A DNA stretch of 64,000 bases from contig CAVQEQ010000003.1 in NCBI GenBank assembly GCA_963711565.1, positions 1,440,001 through 1,504,000 on the forward strand, written 5' to 3'. Under the pieces are notes generated by a model. It saw only the letters and a list, made by a program, of their open reading frames with translations. It was not told the origin of the DNA and made no database searches. A program made the position numbers and the translations under genes. The stretch's first letter is position 1. Each line of letters begins with the position of its first letter. This stretch comes from an uncultured delta proteobacterium. Its GTDB lineage: Bacteria; Desulfobacterota; Binatia; Binatales; Binataceae. Below, piece by piece: positions 48,651 to 59,277 of this stretch.

Positions 48651-50423
48651 ATGTTAATCGTCGGAATCAACGCCTATCACGGCGACGCTAGCGCGGCCGC
48701 AATTGTGGACGGCAAGCTGGTTGCGGCCGCGGAGGAGGAGCGCTTCACGCGCATCAAGCACGCGGCCGGCTTTCCGGCCGAGGCTTTGAGGTACGTGGTG
48801 AAAGCCGCGGGTGCCGCGCCGCGCGATATCGACATCATTGCCGTCGCGCGCGATCCGTGGGCGCGAATCATGCGCAAGGCGTGGCACGCGCTTAAAATGC
48901 CGTCGCTCGCGCGCGAGCGGTTGAGCGCGCAATCGCATTTTGCGTCGATTGGCGCGGAAGCGGCGCGCGCTCTGGGAGCCGGCGAGGGCTCCATCACCGT
49001 CGGGCGCGTCGAGCATCATCGCGCTCACCTGGCGAGTTCGTTCCTGGTCTCACCGTTCGACGAGGCGGCGCTGTTCTCGATCGACGGGTTGGGCGACTTT
49101 GCCAGCGCTATGTGGGGCGTGGGCCGCGGCGGCACGATTTCGCCGATGGGCGTGGTGACGTTTCCGCATTCGCTCGGGATGTACTACACCGCGCTCACGC
49201 AGTACCTGGGATTTCCGAAATACGGCGACGAATACAAAGTGATGGGGCTGGCGTCGTACGGCGATCCGGAGATGCTCGAAGAATTCCGCAAGATCGTGAT
49301 CGCGCCCAACGGTGGACGCATGGATTTCATGCTCGCGCCGGAATATTTCACCTACCAGAAGTCGGGCGCAGAGATGACGTGGGGCGCGGGCGAGCCGACT
49401 ATCGGAAGGCTGTACTCGGACTTCCTGCCGACCCGGCTAGGCGCGGCGCGCGACGCGGCGGAGCCGGTGGATAAGCGCCATATCGCGATCGCGGCCTCGA
49501 TGCAGCGGCGGCTCGAGGAAGTGATAATCGATCGTCTGCGCAGCTTGCAGCGCGCGACCGGGCTCAAGAAGCTGTGCCTTGCGGGCGGCGTCGCCTACAA
49601 CTGCGTCGTCAACGGCAAAATCCTCGCGCAGACCGGCTTCGACAACGTCTATATACAGTCGGCGGCGGGCGACGCGGGACTGGCAATCGGCGCGGCCTTC
49701 GACCAGTGGCATTCGAGCGCCGTTCGCGAGCGTGAATTCGTGATGGAGCACGCGAATTGGGGTCCCGAATTCCGCGACGATGAGATCGCGGCATTACTCA
49801 GTTCGCGCGAAACTGAAATAGCAACTCAGGACTGCGTGATTAGCAAGATCGAAAATGAAGACGAGCTTTGCCGCGTGACTGCGGCGACGATCGCAGATGG
49901 GCTCGTCGTCGGATGGTTCCAGGGGCGGATGGAATGGGGTCCGCGCGCGCTCGGCAACCGCAGTATCCTGGCCGACCCGCGGCGGATCGAGATGCGCGAC
50001 ATCCTGAATTCGAAAATCAAGCGCCGCGAAATGTTCCGGCCGTTCGCACCTTCGATCCTCGAAGAAGCCGCCGGCGACTACTTCACGCAATCGTATCCGT
50101 CGCCATTCATGCTGATGGCATACTCGGTGCGGCCCGAAAAACGCGCGGCGATTCCCGCGACGACCCACGTTGACGGAACGGGACGCTTGCAGACGGTGAA
50201 CGCGAGGCAGAATCCGCTGTACTACAAACTGATCCGCGAGTTCGGCCGTCAGACTGGCGTGCCCGTGCTGCTCAACACCTCGTTCAATGAAAACGAGCCG
50301 GTTGTCTGCCGCCCCGAGGAAGCCCTCGATTGCTTTCTCAGAACCAGGATGGATCTGTTGGTGATGGGACATTTCACTGTTCGCCGGAGCAGCGAAAATC
50401 AGCTATCGTCGCGAGTGTCATAA
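48651..50423 (+). CDS. NodU/CmcH-family O-carbamoyltransferase
   Basis: HGDASA, EEERFTR.KH, HHRAH, AGGVAYN, GPRALGNRSIL, FRPFAP, LNTSFN. Confidence 0.95.
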   Translation: MLIVGINAYHGDASAAAIVDGKLVAAAEEERFTRIKHAAGFPAEALRYVVKAAGAAPRDIDIIAVARDPWARIMRKAWHALKMPSLARERLSAQSHFASIGAEAARALGAGEGSITVGRVEHHRAHLASSFLVSPFDEAALFSIDGLGDFASAMWGVGRGGTISPMGVVTFPHSLGMYYTALTQYLGFPKYGDEYKVMGLASYGDPEMLEEFRKIVIAPNGGRMDFMLAPEYFTYQKSGAEMTWGAGEPTIGRLYSDFLPTRLGAARDAAEPVDKRHIAIAASMQRRLEEVIIDRLRSLQRATGLKKLCLAGGVAYNCVVNGKILAQTGFDNVYIQSAAGDAGLAIGAAFDQWHSSAVREREFVMEHANWGPEFRDDEIAALLSSRETEIATQDCVISKIENEDELCRVTAATIADGLVVGWFQGRMEWGPRALGNRSILADPRRIEMRDILNSKIKRREMFRPFAPSILEEAAGDYFTQSYPSPFMLMAYSVRPEKRAAIPATTHVDGTGRLQTVNARQNPLYYKLIREFGRQTGVPVLLNTSFNENEPVVCRPEEALDCFLRTRMDLLVMGHFTVRRSSENQLSSRVS

Positions 50424-50471
50424 CGTGCGTGACAGGGCGTTAGTTTTACAGGCAGTGGAGGGGAGGCCTAA

Positions 50472-51494
50472 ATGAAGAGAGTCCTTGTCACCGGAGCTGG
50501 TGGGTTCATCGGCCACCATCTGGTGAGTTATCTCAAGAAAAAGAGCTACTGGGTTCGCGGCGCCGATCTGAAACATCCTGAATATGAGCCGAGCGTCGCG
50601 GACGACTTTGCGCTGCTCGACCTGCGCCGCTGGGAAGACTGCCTGAAAGCCACCGATGGAATCGACGAGGTCTACGCGCTCGCCGCGGACATGGGAGGAA
50701 TGGGTTTCATTTCAGCGCATCATGCGGAAATTTTCCGCAACAATTCGTTGATCAACATTCACACCCTCGACGCGGCGCGCGAGAACGGCGCCAAGCGCTA
50801 CCTGTATGCTTCATCGGCCTGCGTCTATCCCGAGTATCGGCAGACCGACACCAGCGTGACCCCGCTCAAGGAAGAAGACGCGTACCCGGCCCAGCCGCAG
50901 GACGCGTACGGCTGGGAGAAGCTGGTGACCGAGCGTCTATGCACCCACTACCAGCAAGACTACGGTCTCGAGACGCGCATCGTGCGCTTCCATAATATCT
51001 TCGGTCCGCTGGGCACTTGGGACGGTGGTCGCGAGAAAGCGCCCGCGGCTCTCTGCCGCAAGGTATCGCTCGCCAAGCTCAGCGGCAATCGCGAGATTGA
51101 GATCTGGGGCGACGGCGAACAGACGCGCTCCTTCTGCTACATCGACGATTGCCTGGACGGAATCTACCGGCTGATGCGCTCGGACTACAAGGCGCCGCTC
51201 AACCTCGGCCAGGATCGACTGGTGACCATCAACGAACTCACCGACATGGTCGCCGCGATCGCCGGAATCAAAGTTACAAAGAAGCACATACCGGGACCGC
51301 AAGGCGTGCGCGGCCGCAATTCGGACAATACACGCCTGCGCAAAGTCCTTCGGTGGGAGCCGCAGATAAGCCTTGAAGAAGGTCTCAAGCGCACCTATCG
51401 ATGGATCGATCGCCAGGTCCGCGCGGAGCATCGTGGCGCCGCCGAGTCGTTGGAGCGACCGTCGAACGCGGGGCGCCGGGCGTCCGCATCGTAG
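50472..51494 (+). CDS. GDP-mannose 3,5-epimerase-like SDR
   Basis: GAGGFIG, LAADMGGMGFI, SSACVYP, YGWEK, GGREKAPAALCRK, GVRGRNSDN. Confidence 0.9.
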   Translation: MKRVLVTGAGGFIGHHLVSYLKKKSYWVRGADLKHPEYEPSVADDFALLDLRRWEDCLKATDGIDEVYALAADMGGMGFISAHHAEIFRNNSLINIHTLDAARENGAKRYLYASSACVYPEYRQTDTSVTPLKEEDAYPAQPQDAYGWEKLVTERLCTHYQQDYGLETRIVRFHNIFGPLGTWDGGREKAPAALCRKVSLAKLSGNREIEIWGDGEQTRSFCYIDDCLDGIYRLMRSDYKAPLNLGQDRLVTINELTDMVAAIAGIKVTKKHIPGPQGVRGRNSDNTRLRKVLRWEPQISLEEGLKRTYRWIDRQVRAEHRGAAESLERPSNAGRRASAS

Positions 51495-51500
51495 TCACGT

Positions 51501-52823
51501 ATGGCGGGCGCAGAAAAGCAAAGTGCCTTTTCCGGGACGACGACCCAGTCGGCCCGCGATTTGGACTTTGCCGCCGATTCACGCGAACGCTCCGTAGAGT
51601 CGAATATGCCGGCCGGTCGAACGCGAGTGTTGTTCTTGAACCGTTCGTTCTGGCCCGACCGCGAAGCCACCGGGCAATTCCTTACCGAACTCTGCGACGA
51701 TCTTTCGAGCGACCACGAAGTTACGATTGTGGCTGGACCATGCTGTCAGGACAAAGACAAGAATTCCGCCGGCTTTCGCTTATGGTCGCGCGAGCGTCGC
51801 GGCAAGGTTACGATCATTCGCACCTGGGGAACTCGATTTTCAAAGTCGAACCTCGCGGGCCGATTAGTCAATCTGGGCACCTACTACCTGTTGGCCGCAA
51901 TAGTGGCATTCCGACTGCCGCGACCGGATGTGATAGTCGCGGAGACCGATCCGCCCCTGCTCGGCGCGCTTGCGGCGGCGCTGAAGCGGCGCTGGCGATG
52001 CCGCCTGATTTACAACGTGCGCGACCTTTACCCCGATATCGCTGAAGTTACAGGCGGGGTACGCAGCCCGTTCCTGCTCGATCTGCTGCGCCGCGGCAAC
52101 GATTACGCCTACCGACGCGCCGATCTGATCGTAACGCTCGGCCATGATATGGCGCGGCGAATCGTCAACAAGGGCGTGCCGACCGACAAGGTGGTGGTGG
52201 TTCCCGATTGGGTGGACTGCGGGCGAATTCGTCCGCTCGACAGCAATCCGTTCCGCCGTAGTTTCGGTGATAAGTTCGTCGTGATGTATTCCGGGAACCT
52301 CGGACTTTCGCAGCAGCTCGAGGCCGTGCTCGAGGCGGCCGACCGGCTGCGCGACGACAATCGAATATTGTTCGCATTGATCGGCGAAGGCGCCCGCAAG
52401 AAATGGCTCGAGGAGCGGGCGCGTGCGATGGGCTTGACCAACGTGACCTTCCTGCCCTACCAGCCGCTCGAGAACCTCGGCGCGTCGTTGAGCGCCGCCG
52501 ATCTTCATCTCATTCCGCTCGCGCCGGGAGCCGCCGGATGTCTCGTGCCAAGCAAGATTTACGGAATCCTGGCGGCCAGGCCGTTCATCGCAATGATGGA
52601 AGAAAACGCCGAGGTCGCGCAAATCGCGCGCGAAGACGCGGTTGGCTTTGTCGTGCGGCCCGGCAACGTCGAGGCTCTGGTCGGCGCGATTCGCGAAGCC
52701 GTCAACACGCCGGAACATCTCAAGCAGATGGGTGCGCGTGCGCGGCGCCTGGCCGAGATGCGGTTCGATCGGATCAAGGTCACCAGTATGTTCGGCGCGA
52801 TGCTCGCCGGCGTCGCGACGTAA
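51501..52823 (+). CDS. GT4 glycosyltransferase (WbuB/WcaI-like)
   Basis: FWPD, DLYPD, YSGNLG..Q, VPSKIY. Confidence 0.9.
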   Translation: MAGAEKQSAFSGTTTQSARDLDFAADSRERSVESNMPAGRTRVLFLNRSFWPDREATGQFLTELCDDLSSDHEVTIVAGPCCQDKDKNSAGFRLWSRERRGKVTIIRTWGTRFSKSNLAGRLVNLGTYYLLAAIVAFRLPRPDVIVAETDPPLLGALAAALKRRWRCRLIYNVRDLYPDIAEVTGGVRSPFLLDLLRRGNDYAYRRADLIVTLGHDMARRIVNKGVPTDKVVVVPDWVDCGRIRPLDSNPFRRSFGDKFVVMYSGNLGLSQQLEAVLEAADRLRDDNRILFALIGEGARKKWLEERARAMGLTNVTFLPYQPLENLGASLSAADLHLIPLAPGAAGCLVPSKIYGILAARPFIAMMEENAEVAQIAREDAVGFVVRPGNVEALVGAIREAVNTPEHLKQMGARARRLAEMRFDRIKVTSMFGAMLAGVAT

Positions 52824-52839
52824 ATTTAACGGAGAAAAA

Positions 52840-53202
52840 ATGAATCGAGCAAGAAAGCCGATCCAGATTGTACCCAAGGGATGGGGCCGCGAAGTATGGA
52901 TCGCAAACGGCGATCTCTACTGCGGAAAAATCCTGGAAATTCGCAAGGGCAAGAAGTGTTCGCTGCACTTCCACAAGATCAAGACCGAATCGTTCTACCT
53001 GCGCAGTGGCAAACTGATCATTCGTGTAAAGGAGTCGCCGGAAAGCCCGACGCTCGAAGAGTTCGAATTGGTTGCGGGCGAATGCATGGACGTTCCGATC
53101 GGACTGGTGCATCAGATGGAAGCGCTCGAGGACGCCGAGCTGTTTGAATTCTCCACCCAGCACTTCGACAGCGATTCGCATCGGTTGGTCCCCGGCGACT
53201 GA
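52840..53202 (+). CDS. Cupin-fold sugar isomerase-like protein
   Basis: KGWGRE, SLHFHKIKTESFY, VH, EFST; SD GGAG. Confidence 0.85.
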   Translation: MNRARKPIQIVPKGWGREVWIANGDLYCGKILEIRKGKKCSLHFHKIKTESFYLRSGKLIIRVKESPESPTLEEFELVAGECMDVPIGLVHQMEALEDAELFEFSTQHFDSDSHRLVPGD

Positions 53203-53239
53203 ATAGCGAACCGGCGCAAATCGCTCGATGAGCCTGCAC

Positions 53240-53273
53240 AGGCGCGGCGAGATACGCCGCGCCTTTTTTGTTT
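53240..53273 (+). terminator. Intrinsic terminator between cupin and gmd
   Basis: AGGCGCGGCG-AGATA-CGCCGCGCCT followed by a T tract. Confidence 0.8.
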
Positions 53274-53343
53274 GCAGGGGGCTGGTTTTTTGCGCTTGTA
53301 GCGACGTGATATATTTCCCGTCACCGCGCGACGCGGACAACAC

Positions 53344-54360
53344 ATGGCGCAAGTAGCATTAATCACCGGCGTGACCGGACAGGACGGTTCGTATCTCGCC
53401 GAGTTCCTGCTGAATAAGGGCTACGAAGTGCACGGCATGGTGCGCCGCACTTCGAGTTTCGCCACCGGCCGAATCGATCATCTGCGCAAGGGCTTCGGTC
53501 CCGGCTCCGAAGGCCTGCAACTGCACTACGGCGACCTCGGCGACGGCACCGGCCTCCGGCGCATCATCGAGCAGGTGCGTCCCGACGAGGTTTACAATCT
53601 CGCCGCGCAATCGCACGTGCGCATCTCGTTCGATCAACCGGAATACACCGCCGACGTGGTCGGCCTTGGCGCCCTGCGACTGCTTGAGGCGTTGCGCGAT
53701 CACAACAAGCGGCGCGGCCGCGCGGCGAAGCTGTACCAGGCGGGTTCGTCCGAGATGTTCGGCAAGGTAACCGAGAAGCCGCAGCGCGAGACCACGCCGT
53801 TTCACCCGCGCAGTCCCTATGCCTGCGCCAAGGTTTATGCGCACTGGCAGACGGTGAACTACCGCGAGGCCTATGGGCTGTTCGCGTGCAACGGGATCCT
53901 TTTCAACCACGAATCGCCCCGCCGCGGTGAGAATTTCGTGACGCGCAAGATCACGCGCAGCGCTACGCGCATCAAAGTGGGCATCCAGGAAAAGCTCGCA
54001 CTCGGCAACCTCGACGCGCATCGCGACTGGGGCTATGCCGGCGACTACGTCGAGGCGATGTGGCTGATGCTGCAGCAGGATCAGCCCGACGATTACGTAA
54101 TCGCGACCGGCGAGACTCACTCGGTCCAGGAGTTTCTCGAAGTCGTGTTCGATCGGCTGAAACTGAAATGGCAGGATCACGTCGAGATCGACCAGCGATT
54201 TTTCCGTCCCGCGGAAGTCGATCTGCTGATCGGCGACGCCTCGAAGGCGAAGCGCCAACTCGGATGGACGCCCAAAGTTAAGTTCGAGAGACTCGCCGAA
54301 TTGATGATCGAAGCGGATCTCGAACTTGCCGAGCGCGAACTACGCAGCAAGGCGCAGTAG
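53344..54360 (+). CDS. gmd: GDP-mannose 4,6-dehydratase
   Basis: [41 protein letters not shown]. Confidence 0.97.
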   Translation: MAQVALITGVTGQDGSYLAEFLLNKGYEVHGMVRRTSSFATGRIDHLRKGFGPGSEGLQLHYGDLGDGTGLRRIIEQVRPDEVYNLAAQSHVRISFDQPEYTADVVGLGALRLLEALRDHNKRRGRAAKLYQAGSSEMFGKVTEKPQRETTPFHPRSPYACAKVYAHWQTVNYREAYGLFACNGILFNHESPRRGENFVTRKITRSATRIKVGIQEKLALGNLDAHRDWGYAGDYVEAMWLMLQQDQPDDYVIATGETHSVQEFLEVVFDRLKLKWQDHVEIDQRFFRPAEVDLLIGDASKAKRQLGWTPKVKFERLAELMIEADLELAERELRSKAQ

Positions 54361-54380
54361 CAAATTCCTACAAAGTGAAA

Positions 54381-57300
54381 CTAGCCGGCCGCGCGCTTGA
54401 CGGCGGCGGCTTCGAACTCGCGCTCCAGCCGCTCGATGTCCGCCTGTGAGAGGCTGAAATATTTCGCCTCGGGATGATGTAAGACGACTGCGCTGACGGC
54501 GCTCTCCGGGTCCATCATGAAGCCGTCGGTCAACTGCACGCCGATCGCGTTCTTCTCGATTTCGAGCAGCCGGAACAACTGCTGCTGATCCTCCATCCGC
54601 GGGCACGCCGCATAGCCGAACGAGTAACGCTTGCCGTGGTAGTGCGCCTGCACGAGGTCCCTGAGCGAAAGCCCCGGCGCGTCGCCGATTCCCCACATCT
54701 GGCGAATCTTGATATGCAGCAGCTCGGCGAACGCCTCCGCGCCTTCGTTGGCGAGCACCTGCAGGATATGCGATCGGAGATAGTCGCCCTTGTTTTTCCA
54801 ATCCTCGGCGAGCGCGCGCACTCCCGTGCCGATCGTCGTGACGAACATGCACAGGTAATCGGTGCGGCCGGAATCGCGCGCGGCGACGTAGTCTGCCAGG
54901 CACAAATGCGGCGCGTCGCTCTGGCGCCCGAACGTGAACGACTCGATCACCGTCTTGCCGTCCGGCGAATAGATCATGACGGTGCGATCGCCGTCGGATT
55001 GCGCTCGGAAAAATCGGTAAACGGCGTTCGCCGAAATGTCTGCGCGCGCGAGCATCTCCTGCGCGACTTCCTCGACGCGCTCGTGAAGCTCGCGCGCCTT
55101 CGGGTCGCCCGCCTCGAACGCCTCGACATAATTCTGAAAGCCCAGATGCTTGGCGTACAGGCTCTTCGGATTGATGTACTCGAAGATCTCGCCAAGATCG
55201 TAGTTGCGAATCACATGAGTCTTGAGATCGGGCGGCTTCGGAATCTCAACGTCGCGACGCACCGATGAAGTGCGCGGCGTCGCGTCCGCCGGCGCATCTA
55301 CCACCTTCGGCGCCGCCTCGAGCATCTTCTTCGATTGCTCTGCGAGCACGTGCTTGAGCGATTCGCGCCGCTCGAAGTCCATGATCTGATTGGCGAGGTC
55401 CAGCCCGTTCATCGCGTCGTTGGCGTACGCGACCAGGCCGGGATACTCGGGCGCGATTTTCATCCGCGTGAAGCGGTTCGACAGCGCGGCGCCTCCCACC
55501 AGGATCGGACAATCGATCCCCGCGGTCTTCAAGTCCTGCGCCGTCGCGACCATCATCTGCGCCGACTTCACCAGCAGCCCCGACAGCCCAATCGCGTCGG
55601 GACCGTGCTCTCGGAACGCCTTGATCAGTTCCTCGGGCGGCACCTTGATCCCGAGATTAACGACGCGGTAGCCGTTGTTGCTGAGAATAATCTCGACCAG
55701 GTTCTTGCCGATATCGTGAACGTCGCCCTTGACCGTGGCGAGAATAATCTTTCCCTTGGTCGCGCTCTCGGACTTCTCCATGTGCGGTTCGAGATGCGCG
55801 ACCGCGGCCTTCATCGCCTCGGCCGATTGCAGCACTTCGGCCACGATCATCTGGTTGGCGTTGAACAGGCGCCCGACTTCGTCCATCCCCTTCATTAACG
55901 GGCCGTTGATGATTTCGAGCGCGCCGCGCGTTGTCAGCGCCTCGTTCAGGTCGTCGATGAGGCCGTCCTTCGAGCCTTCGAGGATGTAGCGCGCGAGGCG
56001 ATCTTCCAGCGGCATCGACTTGCGATCTTCGGCGGTGACGGTGCTTTTACGCTCGCGAAAATGCGCGGCGAATGCGGCAATGGGATCGTCCCCGCGCCAC
56101 CAGATCAAATCCTCGGCGAGCTTGCGCTCCTCTTCCGGAATCGACGGATAGCGATGCAGCTTCTCTGAATTAACGATCGCGAGATCGAGCCCCGCCTGCA
56201 CGCAATGATAAAGCATCACGGCGTTTAGCACTTCGCGGCCCGCCTCCGGCAATCCGAACGAGACGTTCGAGATACCGAGACTCGTCTTGCATCGGGGCAT
56301 CGCCTCTTTGATCAGCCGAATGCCTTCGATGGTCTCGATGCCGGCGCCGATATAGTTCTTGTCGCCGGTGCCGACCGGGAACACCAGCGGATCGAAGATG
56401 ATGTCTTCGGGCTCGACGCCGTACTTCTCGGTGAGCAGCTTGTACGAGCGCTCGGCGATTTGCAGCTTGCGCTGTCGGGTGACGGCCTGCGCCTGAAGCT
56501 TGTCCTCGTCGATACACATGACGACGAGCGCCGCGCCGTAGCGGTGCGCCAAGCGGATCACGGTCTGGAAGCGCTCGGCCTCCTCGCCGTCCTCGAGATT
56601 GATCGAATTGATCAGCGACTTGCCCGGCGTGCGCTTGAGCGATTCCTCGATCACGCGATGATCAGTCGAGTCGATCATCAGCGGCACTTTGACTTTCTTG
56701 ACCTCGATTTCGAGAAAGCGCGTGACATCCGCCATCTCGTCGCGATCGGGATCTTGCAGGCACACGTCGAGAATGTGCGCGCCGCGCCGCACCTGCACGC
56801 GCCCCACTTCCGAGGCTTCCTCGACCTTGCCCTCCGCGATCAGCCGCTTGAACTTGCGGCTGCCGAGCACGTTGGTCCGCTCGCCGACGATCACCGGCCG
56901 CGTGTCGTTGTCGATTACGAGTGTCTCGATTCCCGAAACGACCGATCGCCTGACCGTCGATCGCTCCCGCGGACGCTTGCCCGCAACCGCCTGTACCAAC
57001 AAGCGGATATGCTCCGGCGTGGTACCGCAGCATCCGCCGACTAAATTAACCCATCCGTTTTCGGCGAAGCGCGCGATCTTCCCCGCGAGCATCGCGGGCG
57101 TCTCATTATAATGTCCCTCTTCGTCAGGCAGCCCGGCGTTGGGCACGCACGCGACGAAAAATTTCGAAATGCCCGACAGCGTGCGTAGATGGTCGGTCAT
57201 GAAATCGGGACCAGTCGCGCAATTGAGCCCCATCCAGAGTAGATCGCGATGTGCGAGCGAAGTGTAAAACGCCTCGATATCCTGCCCGCTCAGCAGCGTG

Positions 57301-57914
57301 CCCATCGTCTCGATCGTTCCCGACACACAGACCGCGGGCGCGACGCCGAGTTTTGCGATCGCGGTCTCAATCGCGACGAGACCGGCCTTGCAGTTGAGCG
57401 TGTCGTTGACCGTTTCGAGGATCAGGATGTCGGCGCCGCCTTCGATCAACCCTTCGGCCTGGATCTGGTAGCCGTCGCGCATCTGATCGAAAGTGACCCC
57501 GCCCGTGACCGAGATACTCTTGGTCGTCGGCCCCATCGATCCCGCCACGAAGCGCGGGCGGTCAGCGGTGCTGAAGCGGGCGGCTTCCTCGCGCGCGAGC
57601 GTCGCAGCGAGCCGGTTGATCTCTCGCGTATCCTGCTCGAGGCCATACTCAGCGAGCACGACAGGACTGGCCTGGAAGCTCGCAGTCTCTATAATGTCGG
57701 CGCCCACTTCGAGAAAGCCGTCGTGCATACGGCGAATCAGGTCAGGCCGCGTGCGCACGACGTTCTCGTTGCATCCTTCGTATCGCGCGCCGCCGTAATC
57801 CGCCGCGCTCAGATTTTCGCCGAGCACAAACGTGCCGAACGCGCCGTCCAGAACAAGAATCCGTTCCGCGAGCATCTCCTTGAGGAGCTTGATCCTGTGC
57901 GCATCGGTGGTCAT
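54381..57914 (-). CDS. metH: Cobalamin-dependent methionine synthase
   Basis: GGCCGT, GERTNV.GS, KGDVHDIGKNLV, SGLL and an activation domain RYSFGY.ACP. Confidence 0.98.
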   Translation of the reverse strand: MTTDAHRIKLLKEMLAERILVLDGAFGTFVLGENLSAADYGGARYEGCNENVVRTRPDLIRRMHDGFLEVGADIIETASFQASPVVLAEYGLEQDTREINRLAATLAREEAARFSTADRPRFVAGSMGPTTKSISVTGGVTFDQMRDGYQIQAEGLIEGGADILILETVNDTLNCKAGLVAIETAIAKLGVAPAVCVSGTIETMGTLLSGQDIEAFYTSLAHRDLLWMGLNCATGPDFMTDHLRTLSGISKFFVACVPNAGLPDEEGHYNETPAMLAGKIARFAENGWVNLVGGCCGTTPEHIRLLVQAVAGKRPRERSTVRRSVVSGIETLVIDNDTRPVIVGERTNVLGSRKFKRLIAEGKVEEASEVGRVQVRRGAHILDVCLQDPDRDEMADVTRFLEIEVKKVKVPLMIDSTDHRVIEESLKRTPGKSLINSINLEDGEEAERFQTVIRLAHRYGAALVVMCIDEDKLQAQAVTRQRKLQIAERSYKLLTEKYGVEPEDIIFDPLVFPVGTGDKNYIGAGIETIEGIRLIKEAMPRCKTSLGISNVSFGLPEAGREVLNAVMLYHCVQAGLDLAIVNSEKLHRYPSIPEEERKLAEDLIWWRGDDPIAAFAAHFRERKSTVTAEDRKSMPLEDRLARYILEGSKDGLIDDLNEALTTRGALEIINGPLMKGMDEVGRLFNANQMIVAEVLQSAEAMKAAVAHLEPHMEKSESATKGKIILATVKGDVHDIGKNLVEIILSNNGYRVVNLGIKVPPEELIKAFREHGPDAIGLSGLLVKSAQMMVATAQDLKTAGIDCPILVGGAALSNRFTRMKIAPEYPGLVAYANDAMNGLDLANQIMDFERRESLKHVLAEQSKKMLEAAPKVVDAPADATPRTSSVRRDVEIPKPPDLKTHVIRNYDLGEIFEYINPKSLYAKHLGFQNYVEAFEAGDPKARELHERVEEVAQEMLARADISANAVYRFFRAQSDGDRTVMIYSPDGKTVIESFTFGRQSDAPHLCLADYVAARDSGRTDYLCMFVTTIGTGVRALAEDWKNKGDYLRSHILQVLANEGAEAFAELLHIKIRQMWGIGDAPGLSLRDLVQAHYHGKRYSFGYAACPRMEDQQQLFRLLEIEKNAIGVQLTDGFMMDPESAVSAVVLHHPEAKYFSLSQADIERLEREFEAAAVKRAAG

Positions 57915-58009
57915 TGTTGGATGCCCGCAAAGATGCGGGCAGCAACGAACTAAGTTATCCTAGCGATGCAAACCGCGCAATTTTGCCTGATTCGCGTGCG
58001 CTTCTCTCA

Positions 58010-58927
58010 ATGAGCACCAATTCGCAATCGCAAGGACGTCTCGTGCTGGTGACCGGCGGCGCCGGCTTTATCGGATCGCATCTCGTGGACGCGCTCGTCG
58101 CCGCCGGATTGCGCGTGCGGACGATCGACAACTTTGCCACCGGCCGGCGCGATCTCGTGAACCGCGCGGCCGAGATCGTCGAAGGCGATATCCGCGACGC
58201 GTCCTCGATTGAGGGCGCATTCGACGGCGTCGATACCGTCTTCCACGTCGCGGCGCAGCCGCGGATTCCGCTCTCGATCGCCAAGCCGGTCGAAACGCAC
58301 ATGACCAATGTGGTCGGCACGTTGAACGTGCTGATCGCCGCGCGCGATCGCAAGGTGCGGCGCGTCGTGTACTCGGGCTCGTCGTCGGTGTACGGCGACC
58401 AGCCGAAGATTCCGCTGGTCGAGACGATGACGCCGAATCCGCTCAACCCGTACGCGCTGCAAAAGTACGTCAGCGAGCAGTACGCGCGGATGTTCCATCG
58501 GTTGTTCGGGATGCAGACGATCACGCTGCGCTACTTTGGCGTGTACGGCCCGCGGATGCCGCAAGAGGGCTCCTACATGCTGGCGATCGCGGCGTTTCTG
58601 AAGTCGCGCCGCGAGGGCCGCCCGCTCGACATCTACGGCGACGGCGAGCAGACGCGGGACTTCACCCACGTCAGCGACGTGGTGTCCGCCAACATGCTCG
58701 CGATGGACTCCGAGATCGCCGACGGCCGTGCGCTCAACATCGGCCGCGGCGAGAACGTCAGCCTGAATCGAATCGCCGCGATGATCGGCGGCCCGACGGT
58801 CCATCACGAAGCCCGCCCCGGCGACATGCGCGACACGCTCGCAGATCGCACCCAAGCCGCGCGTGTCCTCGGATGGCGCCCCCGCGTCTCGATCGAAGAA
58901 GGCATCGCAGAGCTCCTGAAGGGGTAG
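58010..58927 (+). CDS. NAD-dependent nucleotide-sugar epimerase/dehydratase
   Basis: GGAGFIGSH, SSSVYG, YALQK, GDGEQTRDF. Confidence 0.92.
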   Translation: MSTNSQSQGRLVLVTGGAGFIGSHLVDALVAAGLRVRTIDNFATGRRDLVNRAAEIVEGDIRDASSIEGAFDGVDTVFHVAAQPRIPLSIAKPVETHMTNVVGTLNVLIAARDRKVRRVVYSGSSSVYGDQPKIPLVETMTPNPLNPYALQKYVSEQYARMFHRLFGMQTITLRYFGVYGPRMPQEGSYMLAIAAFLKSRREGRPLDIYGDGEQTRDFTHVSDVVSANMLAMDSEIADGRALNIGRGENVSLNRIAAMIGGPTVHHEARPGDMRDTLADRTQAARVLGWRPRVSIEEGIAELLKG

Positions 58928-59002
58928 CGACTCAGAACGAATGTAGTCGGATTGCGCGATACTTGATAAACTAGCCGTCCGCAACCGCCGAGGAGAAACA
59001 GA

Positions 59003-59260
59003 ATGGCGAGCTACCTCGAATATCTAAACGCTGCGATGAAGAAAGCCCAATTCGAGCGAATGGAAAATGGAGACTACTTCGGGAGCATTGCCGGGTTCGA
59101 CGGGCTATGGGCAAGCGGACATACGCGCGAAGAAGCGGCCCGTGACCTGTATTCTGCCCTGGATGGCTGGCTCGACGTTCATCTGAGGATTGGCCGGCAA
59201 TCGATTCCACCGGTTGAAGGAGTAGACCTCAACAGTCTTCCGCGGTTGGTTGAGGATTGA
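59003..59260 (+). CDS. hicB: Short HicB-family antitoxin (no DNA-binding domain)
   Basis: YFGSIAGFDGLWASGHTREEAARDL, a partial RNase H fold; strong SD. Confidence 0.85.
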   Translation: MASYLEYLNAAMKKAQFERMENGDYFGSIAGFDGLWASGHTREEAARDLYSALDGWLDVHLRIGRQSIPPVEGVDLNSLPRLVED

Positions 59261-59277
59261 AGCACTAGCCGCGATCC

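Noticed and set aside
54381-57914. metH as a dedicated part of the glycan locus
   Set aside because: An opposite-strand housekeeping gene; adjacency alone does not support a functional link.
57915-58009. Cobalamin/SAM riboswitch upstream of metH
   Set aside because: Only about 95 bp of divergent intergenic space, with no B12-box or S-box motif.
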